In this document: one piece after another, positions 49,891-63,852 of the stretch
Layout: every line of letters starts with the position of its first letter
Position numbering within the stretch: the first letter of the stretch is position 1
Source: Rhynchobatus australiae
Lineage: Eukaryota
NCBI GenBank assembly: GCA_034780895.1
Contig: JAUZTB010000074.1
Coordinates: 21,188,217 to 21,252,068, forward strand
Direction of reading: 5' to 3'
DNA length: 63,852 bases
Program-made: the position numbers and the translations under genes
The notes under the pieces: generated by a model
Told to the model about the DNA's origin: nothing
Database searches by the model: none
What the model saw: only the letters and a program-made list of their open reading frames with translations

Positions 49891-52502
49891 GACAATGTGA
49901 GATCTGAGAAAGATAATTCTACGAGTAGTGCAGCAAATCCTGAATGAATTTAAGGCAAGTGCTAACACAGATTAGTATGAATAAGCCAGCACTAAGTACA
50001 AATTTACACTTCAATATTCCAGATAAGATCAGTATGGATAAACATTAATTGATTTTGAGCCTCTAACTTTGCACAAAATTAAATCTCAAGAATTTGAGCC
50101 CACTGGCATACCTGTGAAATCACTGTATCTGCCAGGCTGCTTAAAGCTCCNNNNNNAATGGCAGTGGCACCAGCAGCTGTTACTGTTGTAGCTGAACCCT
50201 GCTGTCTGAAGGACTTTAGTCAGGTAAATGTGAAGGTTACAAGTTCTGCCAATCCAGCCTGCATTTGTATCCTTTAATTGCGTTATCCCAACCCCTTCGA
50301 CTTCACACCTCACTTCCAGGCAAGGGCCGCCTGGTGTATGCTGACACGACACTAGTGTTTGACTAGAAGCATGCTCTCATCTAAGGAGTGCAAATGCAGA
50401 CACTAGACCCACAGTGAAACCACATGTTATTTGGTCCAAGTCCTAGTTAAAATGACCTGTAACTGTTAGTAGTGGTGCCAACACACGCACAACTATTCAC
50501 AGCTGTAACCACGCTCAGTTAAAAATAGTGCTTCATAGAAAAGTTATTCATGAATACCTTGTGCTGTCCTTTATTATGGGTAATTTTGCTGCGGAGTGCA
50601 GTTTTCCCCTTCTAAACAGTAGACAGTCCATCAGTGACTTGGTTACTGAGCAAAGATTGACATTTTGGTTCTAAAGTCCACACAAATTAACTGTCACGTA
50701 TCTGGATTAAAATCATCTCATAAGGCTAACAGTTACTTATTTGAAGCTGGACCTTTGCTTTTAGGAACCATTACCATTTGTGTCTATTCAACTTCCTGCT
50801 AGTTTACTTTAACACATTAATCCTTCCACAACAATCTGCAAGTATTTTCTTTTGTCATTAAATTCTTGACAACAAACTCTTTGATTTTTCTAATACAGAA
50901 GTGCAAGATAGAAAATAAATTGTTTGATCCTTTGGCCAACTTTCACCAGTTAATGTCTCCTTCTTGCCACAATATTAAGCTGCTGAAGCAAAACTTGATC
51001 TAGACTCCTAATTGCCTTTTTGTGCATATGACATGAAGCTTTAAGGGTCAGAGACGATTTCTATCAATCGGCCTCTGGCTCACTTATGGCTGATTAAACC
51101 GTGTCACTTAGAATGTACTGCAAATGTCTGATGAAATTGGAAAAGCATGTGTAGACAAAAATCACCCTCGGAGGGATCCAGACACTTCCTGCCACTCACG
51201 CCATTCCCTGCAGATGCCACAGAGCTGCAAGTCACCCTCCCAGGAGAAATGATTCACCTGGAAACAGGGCCAAGCACTGCCAGATGTGTAGGAAACTGCG
51301 GAGGACCGACACACTAACACTGTCTCAATTGTGTAGAGCATATGCTTTCAGTCAAGGGTGAAAAATGCAGGCACCAGCACATGCCAAAAGTCTTTTAAGC
51401 ATGGCCCACCAGTCAGCCTGAAGCTTAACACGCCGATCCTTCGAGTCAGCAGATGTGTGTCACCACAGTGCAAGTCAAGGCTGGTTAAACTATAAAGGAG
51501 CTGAGGGACCTGATCCATCCATTCCATTCTGACAAACAAACCATAACACTGTCATTCATTACTGAACTATGCAAAATGTGTTTGTATTCACGCATGTTAC
51601 TTGATTTAAAATTGCTTCTTTCCACGACAAAACAACTTAAAATGCTGTCTTTGTATTTCCAAATATAATTTTATTGTCTTACAGATATTTCCCTGAACTA
51701 TTCCCTCCCTTTTAAATAGTTCCAAAAAAAAGCTGATACATAATGACCTCATTACAGCTTGATCTAGTCTGTCTAAGGCTAATCTTTGTGCACACACCTT
51801 GCTATTACAACTATGTAAGAAGGTTGCACATTATGCAGTAGAAGGTACAAAAGCCAAGCTTAGAATCAGTCAGCAATCAAAGTAATGAAGAAGCAAGACA
51901 CCAATTTCAGACAAGACTTATGTTTAAAATTCACAATGAAAGTACATACTTAATAGTTGGCTTTCATACAACCAGTCTCACTGAATGGAATATATAACAT
52001 TGCCAGCTCTTGGATTCCTGTATGTTACAGTTATACATTGTTAACAAGATCGTTTGGAGTGAATGGTTTGTCTTAATCTAAGTCTATAAAATATAACACC
52101 CATAGTATGGTTAATCTGCACTTTGTGGAGCTGTCAGATTTCAGAACCCAAGTCAAGAAATTATTTGGCACATGCAACCATCTGAGCTTCTTTCAAAGTT
52201 CAATACTAATCATTTTTGTTTAAAAACAATATATTCACTTTCCCTGCAGAATAAAGCTACAAGTGTTACTTGGGGTTTATTTTTATAAAGAAGATATAAA
52301 GATTAATGTGACATATCCCAGGAAATGTATGAACTAACATGACTGCTGGGTATTTAAAGTCTGTGTTATTTTAATATGAGCAAACACTGACAAAGTAGCC
52401 TGGTGTGACAATGATCTGATTTTATTAAAGGGAATGTGAATACCAATTGTTTGGCAACACTGACATTTGTATAAGGAACATATACAGCATAAAATAATTA
52501 AA

Positions 52503-52840
52503 ACCAACAACAACAACTTGGATTTGAATAGTGGTTTTGACACGGTGAAATGTCCCCAGGCGCTTCATAAAATCCGACACTGAGTTACGCGGTAAGATCT
52601 GCGATCAAAAGCTTGGTCAAAGAGGTGGGTTTTACAGACTTCCTTAAAGAAGGACAGAAAGAAAGAGGTGGAGGAGTTTACGAAGAGAATTCCAGAGTGT
52701 ACGACCCAGTGGCTGAGTGTTTAGACACAAGCGGCAGAGACGTGAATATCAGGGATGTGAAGAGGCCAGAAACAGGACTGCACAAATCTCAGAGGGTTTA
52801 GTAGGAGAAGCTTAGCAATGAAGAGATTTGAAAACAGGGC
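52503..52840 (-). mobile_element. L2-type LINE 3' end
   Basis: AACAACAACTTGGATTTGAATAG...CCCAGGCGCTTCA...AAGCTTGGTCAAAGAGG. Confidence 0.6.
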
Positions 52841-54239
52841 TGGGAGTACTTAGTCATATCACATCAACTCAGAAGCAATATGATTAAAAATACAGAACCT
52901 AAATAGGTAGACAGTGCTGTCAGATTAGCTTTATATTGCCTGCGGTCACAAAACTGCTCTTCAAAATGCACAAAGGTTGGATTTTTTCAAATACAATACT
53001 GTCTGCAGTTAACTGTGCATACAACCCATAAGATCTGCAGTTAAACATGTGAACAATGTTGGCTGCAATTAACAGTGTAAGAGTGGCAAAGTGCTCTCTG
53101 GAGTAAATGGTATAAACAATGCGCAACACTACCTGATGTTAATTGCAAACAACACACAGTGCTGTCTGGAATTTCTCATGAAAATATACTGTTTGGAGTT
53201 AACACAAGGAATTAGGAGCATGAGTAGGCCACTTGGCCCCGCACGCCTGCCCTGCCATTCAAATATGATCATGGCTGATCTGCCCCAGGCTATGACTCCT
53301 CTTCCGTGCCAGTTCCTCATAACCCACAATGGCCCTTAATACACTGTTGCCTGGCATTTACCATGTAAGCAATGCACAATCATGTGAACAATACCAAATA
53401 CATTTTGGAATCACCCATGCAAACTATACCCAGTATAGATCCATTGGGGAGACAGGCTGAAAATAATTTGAGGTGGAGACCTCGTGGAAACCACCAACCT
53501 TGACCATGGAAGACCACGGTCCATGGTTGAAAGAGACAAGCTTTAGGTCTGCTCAGCATCTTCTATTAAAAAGTCAAGTGAAAAATCTGGCTTTGCCACT
53601 CCCAATGTCCCTACACTAGAGGATGGCAGTGTCTGTCTAAATTGGTTCACTCCAGACCTCCACCCAGTGAATGCACCGCATGCACAGATCTCTGGCTTCA
53701 ACCCATCTGCCAAGAAATACATTCGTACCTCTCCAAAAAAAGTGCGATGCTGTTGAAGATTGCGCTAACCCAGAGCAGAGCAATTCCGTGCACATCACTA
53801 CATATTTCAGGAAATTTGGCTCTGATTTTTTTTACTGGGATCTTCTTTTGACCTCACTCCTTTATTCCAACAGAAAACTTGGCCAATTTATGTTAGTCTT
53901 AGTGCAATGTGCAAAATTTATTGGCAGTGTGATTTTCAATCTCATTGGTCTGCAAAAGCAACAGCTCTTATTTACCATGTGAATAATCAGTCCTTATTAA
54001 CCCTGTTTTCACTGTTATTTAAAGGACCAAACTCAAGTTGCATTCTTTGCCCTTACTGAGATCTAGCACCTCAAACAAAGTTTCTCTTTTATCTTGACTG
54101 CTTTGCTCATTGAAGTCAGGCTCACAGTCACTCTCTGAGTCTAAGCATCAGGCTGCTGCTCTTGATATTCACCACATCTCAGAGTCTCTGGTCACTCCTG
54201 CATTAGGGAAGTTACCCAAATGTCAAGAAAAGAACACCA

Positions 54240-54560
54240 GGGCAGGAACTGACACAGCTGAGAGTGCTGCTGTCTTCCAGTGATGGACGTTTGATCCTGA
54301 CATCCAGTGCTGTCTGTGTGGAGTTTTCATGTTGTCCCTGTGATCACATGGGTTGCTCCCAGGTGCTCCAGTTCCTTCCCACCCACAAGGTGAGGACTGG
54401 TGGGTTAATTGGCCACTGTAAATTACCCCACAATGGAGGCAGGGGTGAAGTTAATGGCCACATGAGAGAGAATAAGTGACAAAGAAATGTGGGAGGATGG
54501 CTTTGCTCAAAGCCTGCATTGACTTGGTGGGCGGAGTGGCTTTCTTTAACGTCATAAGAA
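54240..54560 (+). mobile_element. HE1-like V-SINE
   Basis: V-domain and TTAATTGGCCACTGTAAATT motif. Confidence 0.75.
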
Positions 54561-54564
54561 AAAT

Positions 54565-56850
54565 AAAAGTAAAAGCAGGGATAGGCCATTCAGCCCCTCC
54601 ACAATTCAAAAGGATCACGGCTAATCTTATACCTCAGCACCACATCCCTGCACGAATCCCATAGCCTTAGCTGCCTTAATACCTCAAGACCGACCAATCT
54701 CTTGAATATACTCAGTGACCGAGCATCCACAGCCCTCTTGGGTAGAGAATTCAAAAGATTTACTGCACTCTAGTTGATGAACTTCCTTCTCACCTCTGTC
54801 CCGAATGGCAGACCTCTTATTCTGAGACTCTGGACTGTGAACCATGGTTCCAGGCAGCCCAGAGAGGAGAAACATCAACTTTGCATCGATCCTGTCATGC
54901 CTCTTAAACATTATGTTTCAATGAGATTGCCTCTTCGTAACTCTAGAGAGTATGGACTCAGCCTTCTGCAGCTCCCTTCATACAACAAACCTACCAGCCA
55001 GGACTTATTCTGGTGAACCTTTGTAGCATTTTCTCAACCACAGTATAACCTTTTGCAGATAGGGAGACCAGGCCAGTACACAATATTCCAGATGCTGTCT
55101 CATGAAAGCTTTATATATTGTCGTTAGACACACAGTTGGCTATCTGCATGTTACCCCTTAATACATGGATGCCCTAGTCCCTCTGAACACCAACATCTTT
55201 CAACCTCTCATGATTTAAAGATTACTCTACCTTTCTATTCTTTCCCCAAAGAGGATCACAATTTTTTTTCCACATTATATTCCATTCACAATATATTTGT
55301 CCAATCTCTTAGCCTGCCCCCCCGATTCTTCCTGCATCCTCCATGCAGTCAACTCTGCCGCCCATCTTTGAATCATTAGCAGACTAGATTAAGCTTGATT
55401 CCCTGATCCAAATCAGTGAATAGCTGAAGTCCCAACACTAATCCCTAGAGCACCCTTTAGTAACAGCTTCTCAGACCAAATCTTCGTTTTGTTCCTACTC
55501 TATTTTCTGGCCATTATTCACATCTCAATTTGCACCAGTTTATTACCTCCCCAACATTATGCGTTCTAATTTTGTTTAATAATTTCACGTGACATTTTAG
55601 TGAAAGCCTTCCGAAAGACCAAACGCAGTCAATTGATTCACTCTTACCTATTCTGCTACTTGTAACTTTAAAATTTCAAGCAGATTTGTCAAACATGGCT
55701 GTTCTTTTGTGAAATTGTACTCACGCTGCCAACTCCTATTATAATTTTCTAAGAGCCCTGTTACCACTTCCTTAATAACAGATTCCAGTATTTTCCCTAC
55801 AACTGGTTAACTGGACTAGAGATCCCTTCTCCACTCTGCCTCTTTTCTTAAATAATAAGGTTACCTTTGGTACCTTCCAGTCATTGGGAACCAATCTAGA
55901 AGTTATGGAATTTTGGAAGTCAACTAGTGCATTCACCACCTCCATTGCCATTTCTGTCGAAATACTGGGATAAAAGTCATCAGGCGGGCAGTTTTATCAT
56001 CTTTCAACCCCATTGATTTCCCTAATACCAGTTATTTAACATGTTAATTTCTTTCAGATCCTTATTTGTTCTAAATGTGTTTTATTTCTGTGGGGTCTTC
56101 TGTGACTACTTCTGTGAAAAGAAACATAATACATTTGTTTAATTTCCCCATCATATTGTTATCCCCCAATCAAATTTCTTCTGTATCAGCCTGTAAGAGA
56201 CCACATTAACTTTTACTGATTTTTTCCTTTTTACTTACTTACAGAAGCTCTTATAATCCATTTTTATTTTTCTTGTTAGCCTCTTCCTGTATCCTACCTT
56301 CCTTTTCCTTATCAATACCTCAATCCTGCCTTGCTAAAGTCTGAAATTCTCCCAGTCCTCAGATTTACTGCTTTTCTTGGCAACATTATAAGGCTTTCCT
56401 CTGATCTAATACGATCTTTCACATCTTTTGATAGCCACGGCTGGATCACTTTTCCTGTTGGATTTTTGCCTTACATGTAAATAATGCATTAATTCTTTAA
56501 AAGCGAGTCATTGCTTGTTTATTGTTATATCTTTCTAGTGCAGTTTCCCAATATGCTAAAGGCAACCCAGCCCTCATGCCTTTTATTCAGATTTAAGACA
56601 CTGGTTTCAGATTCAATCAAATAACTTTCAAAGTGAATATAAAATTTTATCACGTTATGATCACTGTTCCCTACTTACCAGGTCATCAATTAAACTTTTT
56701 TGTTACACTAGATCTATAAAAGCCAATTCCCTCATTGGTTTCTCGACATTCTGACCTAGAAAACCATTTCTGTGCATTCCCATATTTCATCTTTCACACT
56801 GCTGCTGCTAATGTGGTCTGTCCAGACCACGTGTAAGAACGAGCCCTCCA
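54565..56850 (-). mobile_element. Long, old CR1 LINE remnant
   Basis: Reverse-complement CR1 3' UTR through RT and upstream ORF2; no intact frame. Confidence 0.75.
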
Positions 56851-56929
56851 CAATTGTTAAATTAGTCTTGTTACACACATCTTTAACCTCTCAATTTATA
56901 CTGGACTTCACCTACTGTTTATTCAGCCT

Positions 56930-57400
56930 GCAGGAGCAGAAAGAGTGGATACACAGATTCTCCATCTTCCCCAAAGTTCCAGGATTAATACAGTGCACTC
57001 ATGACCTTACAGAAACCTTGGCAACCTCTTGTCAGGCATGCCTGCCTGCAGCTCTGGAAGGTGTCTGTGGCCCCTTGATAAAGAACATGCCTTCTGTGTG
57101 TACTGTACCAGTCTAACAGTATTCTTTCAATAACTCCCTTCATTGCATCATCCATGTGTTCCGTGTGTGGTGTGCCCTTTAAGCTGATAACTATGAGAAC
57201 TTGCAACACGTTCAAACACTGCCCTGAAGCCAACAATGTCAGCTTCAGCAGAGTTCTACCCGGGGAAACCCACAGTTCTATGAACCTTGCAATTAGAGCT
57301 CTTGATCTTTATGCTACTTTCATAACCAGCATCAGGGTGATCCACAGCACTCCATTAGCACCATTACAAAAGATAGTAATTCAATTTCAATGCTTAACTC
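56930..57400. mobile_element. Possible PIF/Harbinger transposase remnants
   Basis: FPKVPGLIQCTH (cf. FP.V.G.IDCTH) on +; ATDTFQ and VIERI on -. Confidence 0.3.
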
Positions 57401-57796
57401 ACCCTTAAGGAACTAGCTGTTCTTTCCATCTAAGCTAAACTAATGCAGCAATAAGATAGACATTTATTGGATGAAGGCCCAAAGTCTTCAGCAAATAAAA
57501 TAGCTAGGCTATCAGAAGAATAAATGCTTGTTCATCATCAGAATGGTGCTCTTAGACCTGCTCTATTTCTTCAGAAGTTTTATTTTGTCCTGACAAGATA
57601 TGTAATGTTCACTTCAGAAAAGACTGTGAATTTGTCAAGAAACATGGTAGAAATTGTAGCGCTTGCCTGCTCAGTATGAATGAAATTTTAATGGAGTTGT
57701 CCTACTTACTGCTAAACAACCTCTCTGATATTCAAAACATGGAAGCTCATTTCTTCAGACTGTGATTATTGTCAGACACACTAAAAAAAAACTTAC

Positions 57797-58429
57797 ACAA
57801 AATGCTGGAGGAACTCAGCAGGTCAGGCAGCATCTATGAAGGGAAATGAACAGTCGACGTTTCGGGCTGAGACCCTTCATCAGGACTGGAAAGGAAGATG
57901 GCAGAAGCCAGAATAAAAAGGTAGGGAGAGGGGGAGGGGCACGAGCTGGCAGGTGATAGGTGAGTCCCGGTGACAGGGGGAAGGGAGGCTGGTGGAAGAA
58001 GGGGGGTGAAGGGGAGTGATGCGAGAAGCTGAGAGGTGATAGGTGGAAGAGGCGAAAGGGCTGAAGAAGAAGGTATCTGATAGGAGAGAACAGTAGACCA
58101 TGGAATAAAGGAAAGGAGGTGAGCAGGTCATGAAGGCAGTGGAAGAGGCCACAGGAATGAGGGAAAACAAAGGGGAGTGGCTACTGGAAGTCAGAGAAAT
58201 CAATGTTAATGCCGTCAGGTAAACTACCAACACAGAATATGAAGTGTTGTTCTTCCAACCTGTGCCTGGCCTGGCTCTGCCCTCTTCCTTTCCAGTTCTG
58301 ACGAAGGGTCTCGGCCCAAAATGTCAACTGTCCATTTCCCTCCATAAACGCTGCCTGACCTGCTGAGTTCCCCCAGCATTTTGTGTTCATTGCTCCAGAT
58401 TCCAGCATCTGCAGCCTCTCGTGTGTCTT
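57797..58429. mobile_element. Penelope-derived hairpin element
   Basis: ~110-bp inverted arms; TSD AAAAAACTTAC at 57786-57796 and 58430-58440. Confidence 0.85.
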
Positions 58430-58639
58430 AAAAAACTTACTTTTTATTTCTGCTACATTTATTCCCTCTCTCTCTTTCTATTTCTGGAAATGATGTTACA
58501 TTGATTTAACTACTTTAACTTGTACTCTAATTTTCATGCCTCGTGATTCTTCAAGCTAATTTGTTAAGGAGATAAGTCACTGGTCATCCTAATCAAACTG
58601 GTTCCAGATCACCTGTGGTGGACACAGCATGTACTTTCT

Positions 58640-60848
58640 AAGTAAGTGGGAAAGATGTGAGTTAGAAGAAAGAACAAAATAAAACAGAATGTTATTCAAA
58701 GAGAGAAACCAGAGACTGGTGCAGTTCAGAGCGATCTGGGTATCATTGTATATGAAACAAAATTAGCATGCAGGTACAGCAACTAATTAGGAAGACCTTT
58801 ATTGGATGTTAGCTATCATTACAAGGAGGATTGCATGCAAAAGTAGGGGCGACTTGCTACAACTTTACAGCACATTAGTTAGACCACACCTGGAGTATAG
58901 TATACAGATTTGGTCAGTTCAGAAAATGTTCACTGGGATGAACAGGAAGTCTTCTGAGGAACGATTAAGGAGGCAGGGCCTATACTCATTAGATTTTAGA
59001 AGAATAAGAGGTGATTTTATTGAAACGTTATTTACTGAGGAAAGTTGACAAGCTGGAATCTGAGATTACGTTCCCTCTCATGGGAAACCCAGAAGCAGGG
59101 GGCAGTTTCTGAATGAGGGATCACCCTTTCCCTCAGAGCATTGTAAATCCTCGGAGTTCTCCACCCAAGAGAGTTGTGGAGGTGGAGTCACTGAATACAT
59201 TCAAGACCAACGTGATAGATTTTGGGGCCAAAGAAGAGCCAAGAGTTGCCGGGGAATCAGGGTGTAAAGTGAAGTTGAGGCCATGATTAGATCAGTCATG
59301 ATGTTAACGAATGGCAGCATGGGTTTCGGAGCTGTAAGACCTGCCTCTTTTCCTAGGTCTTATGTGTTTATGATCTTAAGGGCAATGAAAACATGCCACA
59401 GTATTATTGATAATTACACTTCAGGTTTCCTTAGCAAACCAGCATATAGTTAAAATTCCAAACTTTAACCTCATGAGTTTAATAACTACAGATTTAGTCA
59501 GTCATGCTAAATGAGTGTAATGGTATCACTCTTACACATTCAGTTCCATTGACAACATACAACTGAGCCCACAACTAGAGCACTGCAAGCAGCTTTATTC
59601 CCCTGTTTAAGACACTACTTCACTGGAGGTGGCCCAAACGTTCACCAGGATGATCTCGGGTTTGGGGAAACTGTCCTGTAAAGAAAGGTTAAAAATGTTG
59701 GGAATCTACTCATTGAAGTATAAACTGATGAGAGGCAAATGTAGGTGCCTAGATTTGGTAAATGGTCAGAGATGTTTCCTGCTCTCTTAGAGAGAGAGCA
59801 GGCTCGTTTAAGATGAGGTGTTTTCTCTGATCAGAGAGCTGTGGGGGTGAGAGAGTTCTTGGGTACACTTAAGGCAGGCATAGATAAACTTTTAATCAAG
59901 CAGTCTGAGGAAAAGGCAGGAGTTTGAAGAAAAGGAATTGGTGGTGTTGTGGGTGTCTAAGGCTACAGCAAGATACAGACCAAATGGAAAGTTGGGCAGA
60001 GTATTGGCAGATGGAATTTAATCCAACATGCATCAGGTGATGCAGTTGGAAAGTTAAATATGGCTAGGACATATGCAGTAAATAGTAGAGCATTAAAGAA
60101 TGTTGATGAATAAAGGGACCTAGGGTTTCAAGTACATAGTTTTCTGAAAGTGGTAACACAGATAGGGTGGTGAAGAAGGCATATGGCATGCTTGCCTTCA
60201 TAGGCCAGGGGATAGAATATAAAAGTTGGGATGTTTCATTGCAGCTTTACAAAACGCTGCTTAGGCTGCATACAGTTCTGGTCGACACACAATAGGAAGG
60301 ATCTGGCTGTGTTGAAGAGAGTGCAGAAGAGATTCACCAGGGTGTTGCCTAGATTGGAGGTCTTTAGTTATTGGGAAAGATTGGATTGACTACGTTTGTT
60401 TTCTCTGGAACAAAGGGGGCGACCTGATGGAGTTATGTAAAATTATAAAAGGCACAATATTTTTCCCATGACAGGGGTATTAAAAACAAGCGGGCAAAGG
60501 CTTAAGGTTAGAGGAAGGAGCTTTAAAGGGGATTTGAGGGGAAAGTGTTTTTTTTATAGACAGAGAGCGCTTGATGTCTGGATCTCACTGTCAGAGGAGG
60601 TGGTGTAATCTCTATTTTTAAGAGAAAGACACTTAAATAGGCAAGGCATAGAAGGAGATGAACCTAACATGGGAAAATGGGATTAATGTAGGTGGGCAAA
60701 ACAGTCGCCATGGAAGCGGTGGGTCAAAGGGCCTGTTTCTGTGCTGTACAACTCCATGACTAGGAGGACTTGTGGAATATCAGATCAGCAATGATCCGAT
60801 AGCATATTTGAGAAGTTGAAGGACCAGTTCCTGTTCTTAGTTCTTATG
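58640..60848 (+). mobile_element. Cluster of CR1 3' fragments (58640-59378; 59630-60848 with nested younger copy ~59935-60762)
   Basis: LVRPHLEYSIQIWS, WQMEFNP, RVQKRFTRVLP; CR1 tails. Confidence 0.85.
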
Positions 60849-62065
60849 GCCTCGTACTCTCATGCCGTTTAGTCCCAGCAACTAAAGATGAAATTACTGC
60901 CTAAAGTTCAAGGATGGGAGGTGTAGATCAGCTTTCTGACAGGATGCCTGAATCAGTGCTCTGCCATTGATGAAAGACAGTCAAACATTTCAGTAAGTGC
61001 TCCGACCCGTTGCAGCAACTGTATTGATTTGAATTCAGTCGTGTTCGTTGACATGTTCAGTTGTCGGATTCCACTCTCAGATGGGGTAATCTGTTTGACT
61101 AAGAGTGGACACTGGAGTCAGAAGGCAGAATACTAAAGAACAAAAGATCCTGTTGCAGGTTAATGGACAGAACCCTAGTACGATGATCCATTGATAAGAA
61201 AAGTCCAAGATAATATTAAGTAATGCAACAACAAGGGAAATTGATCAAATTAATAATTAAAATAAATATGATCTTACTATGGCATGTGTTGATGTGATGG
61301 GAAATAAAAGAGCTTTATAATTAGTATCAAAGCTCAGCTCACTGAGCTTTCATCCCATCTGGCTTTGGAGAGACTGTTGTGCAGACATTAAGTAGAGCTA
61401 AGAGGCACATAAGCAAATAACAAAGAATCTGCATAGATTAAAAAAAAACTTTGTTTGACCAACCTGTTTTCAAAAGGTAACAGAGAGAGGGTAATTTATG
61501 AGTTCAATTTGTTTAGATTTCCAAAAGCCTTCAATGAGGTGCCACATCAGAGATTAATAAATCACAGAACATGTGTATCCAGGGGATGTGTAGCTTTATG
61601 GAGACAGCTGCTTTTAAGGGTAGAACATCAGCATTTAAGTTGAAATGCAGGTTGGCAGAATCCCCACCTGGATCAGTGCTGGGATCATTGTTGTCCACAG
61701 TTCCCATTGGACTAGATCTTCTGTTGTTCTTTATATTATTGACCACCCACCCACAGACCAGGCTATTTGTTCCTGTGTGGCTCCCAGCACAGTCTTCCAC
61801 CAGGAGCCCAGCTCCCAGCCCTTTACTATGGCTGAGTGTGGTACTGGGCTGTCCCAACACAGGTAGCCAGCTACACTCACAGAACAGTACTGACAGCCGG
61901 TGAGGTTCCACCTCCAGGCTCCCAGACTGTCAAAAATGTCAGTCTTAGTGAATGTTTGTGAAAGTCTTCAACACTCAATCACATGAGAGTTGTCAAACAG
62001 AAAGTAGAATTTTTTTTTGATACCATGTTTTGTTTTACATTTAACACCCCACACACACATAACAG

Positions 62066-62633
62066 AGAGAATCAGATATATTATCACTGACTTATATGAT
62101 GTGAAATTTGTTGTTTTGTGGCAGCAGTACAGTGTAAAGACAAACAATGATGTAGTATTCATATACCATTCAGAAATCTGATGGCAGAGTGGAAGCTGTC
62201 ACTGAATCATTGAGTGTGGGTCTTCAGGCTCCTGTACCCCCTCTCTGATGGTAATAACAAGAAGAGGGCATGTCTCAGATGGTGAGGGTCCTTAGTGATG
62301 GATGCCACATTCTTGAGGCACTGTCTCTTGACTTCCTTGAAGACTTCCTCAATGGTGGGGAGGGTTGTGCCCATTATGGAACTGGCAGAGTCTACAACCC
62401 TCTGCAGCCGCTTGCAATCCTGTGTATCGGAGCCTCCATACCAGGCGGTGATGCAACCAGTCAGAATGCTCTCCACCGTACATCTATAGAATGTTGCAAA
62501 GAGTCTTTGGTGATGTACTAAATCTCAAATTCCTAATGAGATAGAGCCACTGGCGGGCCTTCCTCATGATTGCATCAATGTGTTGGGCCCACGACAGATC
62601 CTCCAAGATGTTGATGCCCAAGTCCTTGAAGCT
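62066..62633 (-). mobile_element. Rex1/Babar LINE 3' fragment
   Basis: ESILTGCITAWYGG...LQRVVDSASSIMGTTLP; same family as 4500-5117. Confidence 0.9.
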
Positions 62634-63852
62634 CTACAATTCTGTGTATGTATGCCTGTGTGTAGAGTCTGGCATTCGTGCTGTCACTGGGATTGGTGCA
62701 CTGGGCAATTTTATACTTGATTTGATTCTGAACCCACCACCACCTCAGTCCTGGGCCAGCAATCACAGCTCTCTGACTCATGGGTCACCCTTCAACGCCA
62801 CTGATTGTTGCCAGCTGATTCTTGCCCCAATCCCCCTTCTGATCCCAACCTTCCCCCAAGTTCCACAATCTATTCTACGAGGACTCTCCAGCTCTGTTCT
62901 AAACTCTGGCACATTGCCCAAGGTAACGGCTTTCCTTTGTGCAAGGCTGATTTGGCAGCACCCAATAACGTTGAGCATGCCACCCCATGACTGCTTAATA
63001 CACCTCTGCAGATGCCAAGTCAATTCAGTGCATTGAATAAAATGTTACCATTGAACCAAAGGCCAGAGAAGAAGTTGATACAACACATCACAGGAAACAG
63101 AGAGGCTTGCCCACGTCCCAACTTCTTGAAAGACTTACAGTATTGTCTGACAGAATATTCACTGGTTATGTTAATGCATAGACTCATAATTAAAGACACT
63201 TGGGACTAGCAGGTATGAGCAGCACTTTGCTACTGGCTTTAACATATCTATCTGATGCTAACCTTGTGCGGCTGTGGCACACATTGCACTCGAGCAATTC
63301 ACCCAGATCCCTTGCACCACCTCTCTCCTCAAAGACTGCCGACACTGGAATTGCCAAAGACATCTTCATCTGCAAGTCTTACGTCACCCTCTTTTGGATC
63401 AATGTTTTTATTATTGGTTTAATATCCCAGCAATTCTGCAGACAAAAAAATGGCTGTGGAGACACACCCACTGCAAAGACTACAGCAATTTAGGAAGACT
63501 AACAACTATCTTTTCAGGGCAATTACTGACTACATTTAAGGAGGCTTCTTCACAGCACAGTCTCTGACTACTTGCTTTTCTGGCACAATCATAACATTGT
63601 CTTGTGACAATACTAATAAAACAATATATCAGCAAGTAGTTCAGGCTATTAACCCAGCAATGGCATGCATCCAAATCCGGATGACATGACCAGATGGGCA
63701 TCCTGGAAAAATATTGATCCACTGCTGTGCTTCCCCATTTTAGTGCTGGAGACCACGGAGGAGGGAGTTGTGTTCGGAGTCACAAAGAAAGGACAAAGAC
63801 AATTCAGTGGTCTGATCTATGGACATTGGCCTTTAGTAACAGTGATGATTCA

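Overview
Repeat-rich vertebrate genomic DNA with many assembly gaps. The repeat inventory (HE1/V-SINEs, SacSINE1-like DeuSINE, CR1, Rex1/Babar, Penelope hairpins) points to a cartilaginous fish (shark or ray); this is an inference. No prokaryotic features, CRISPR, rRNA or tRNA genes are seen. Two main signals: (1) the 3' exons of an unidentified host gene on the minus strand (~17.7 kb, 16.5 kb, 16.3 kb, 0.85 kb, 0.6 kb, tentatively 26.5 kb) whose splice phases join into one reading frame; (2) inside its ~15.4-kb intron, a heavily decayed, nearly complete endogenous retrovirus on the minus strand (~14.4 kb to ~1.9 kb). Its order is LTR/PBS - leader ORF - gag - in-frame TGA - pro - RT - tether - RNase H - integrase - env - 3' ORF. 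The RT/RNase H motifs and a Cys-rich, non-gamma-type Env resemble lokiretroviruses. It carries two diverged copies of an unknown glycoprotein-like segment, one before gag and one after env, and has been hit by nested LTR, CR1 and Rex1 insertions. All translations and alignments were done by eye; repeat boundaries are approximate.
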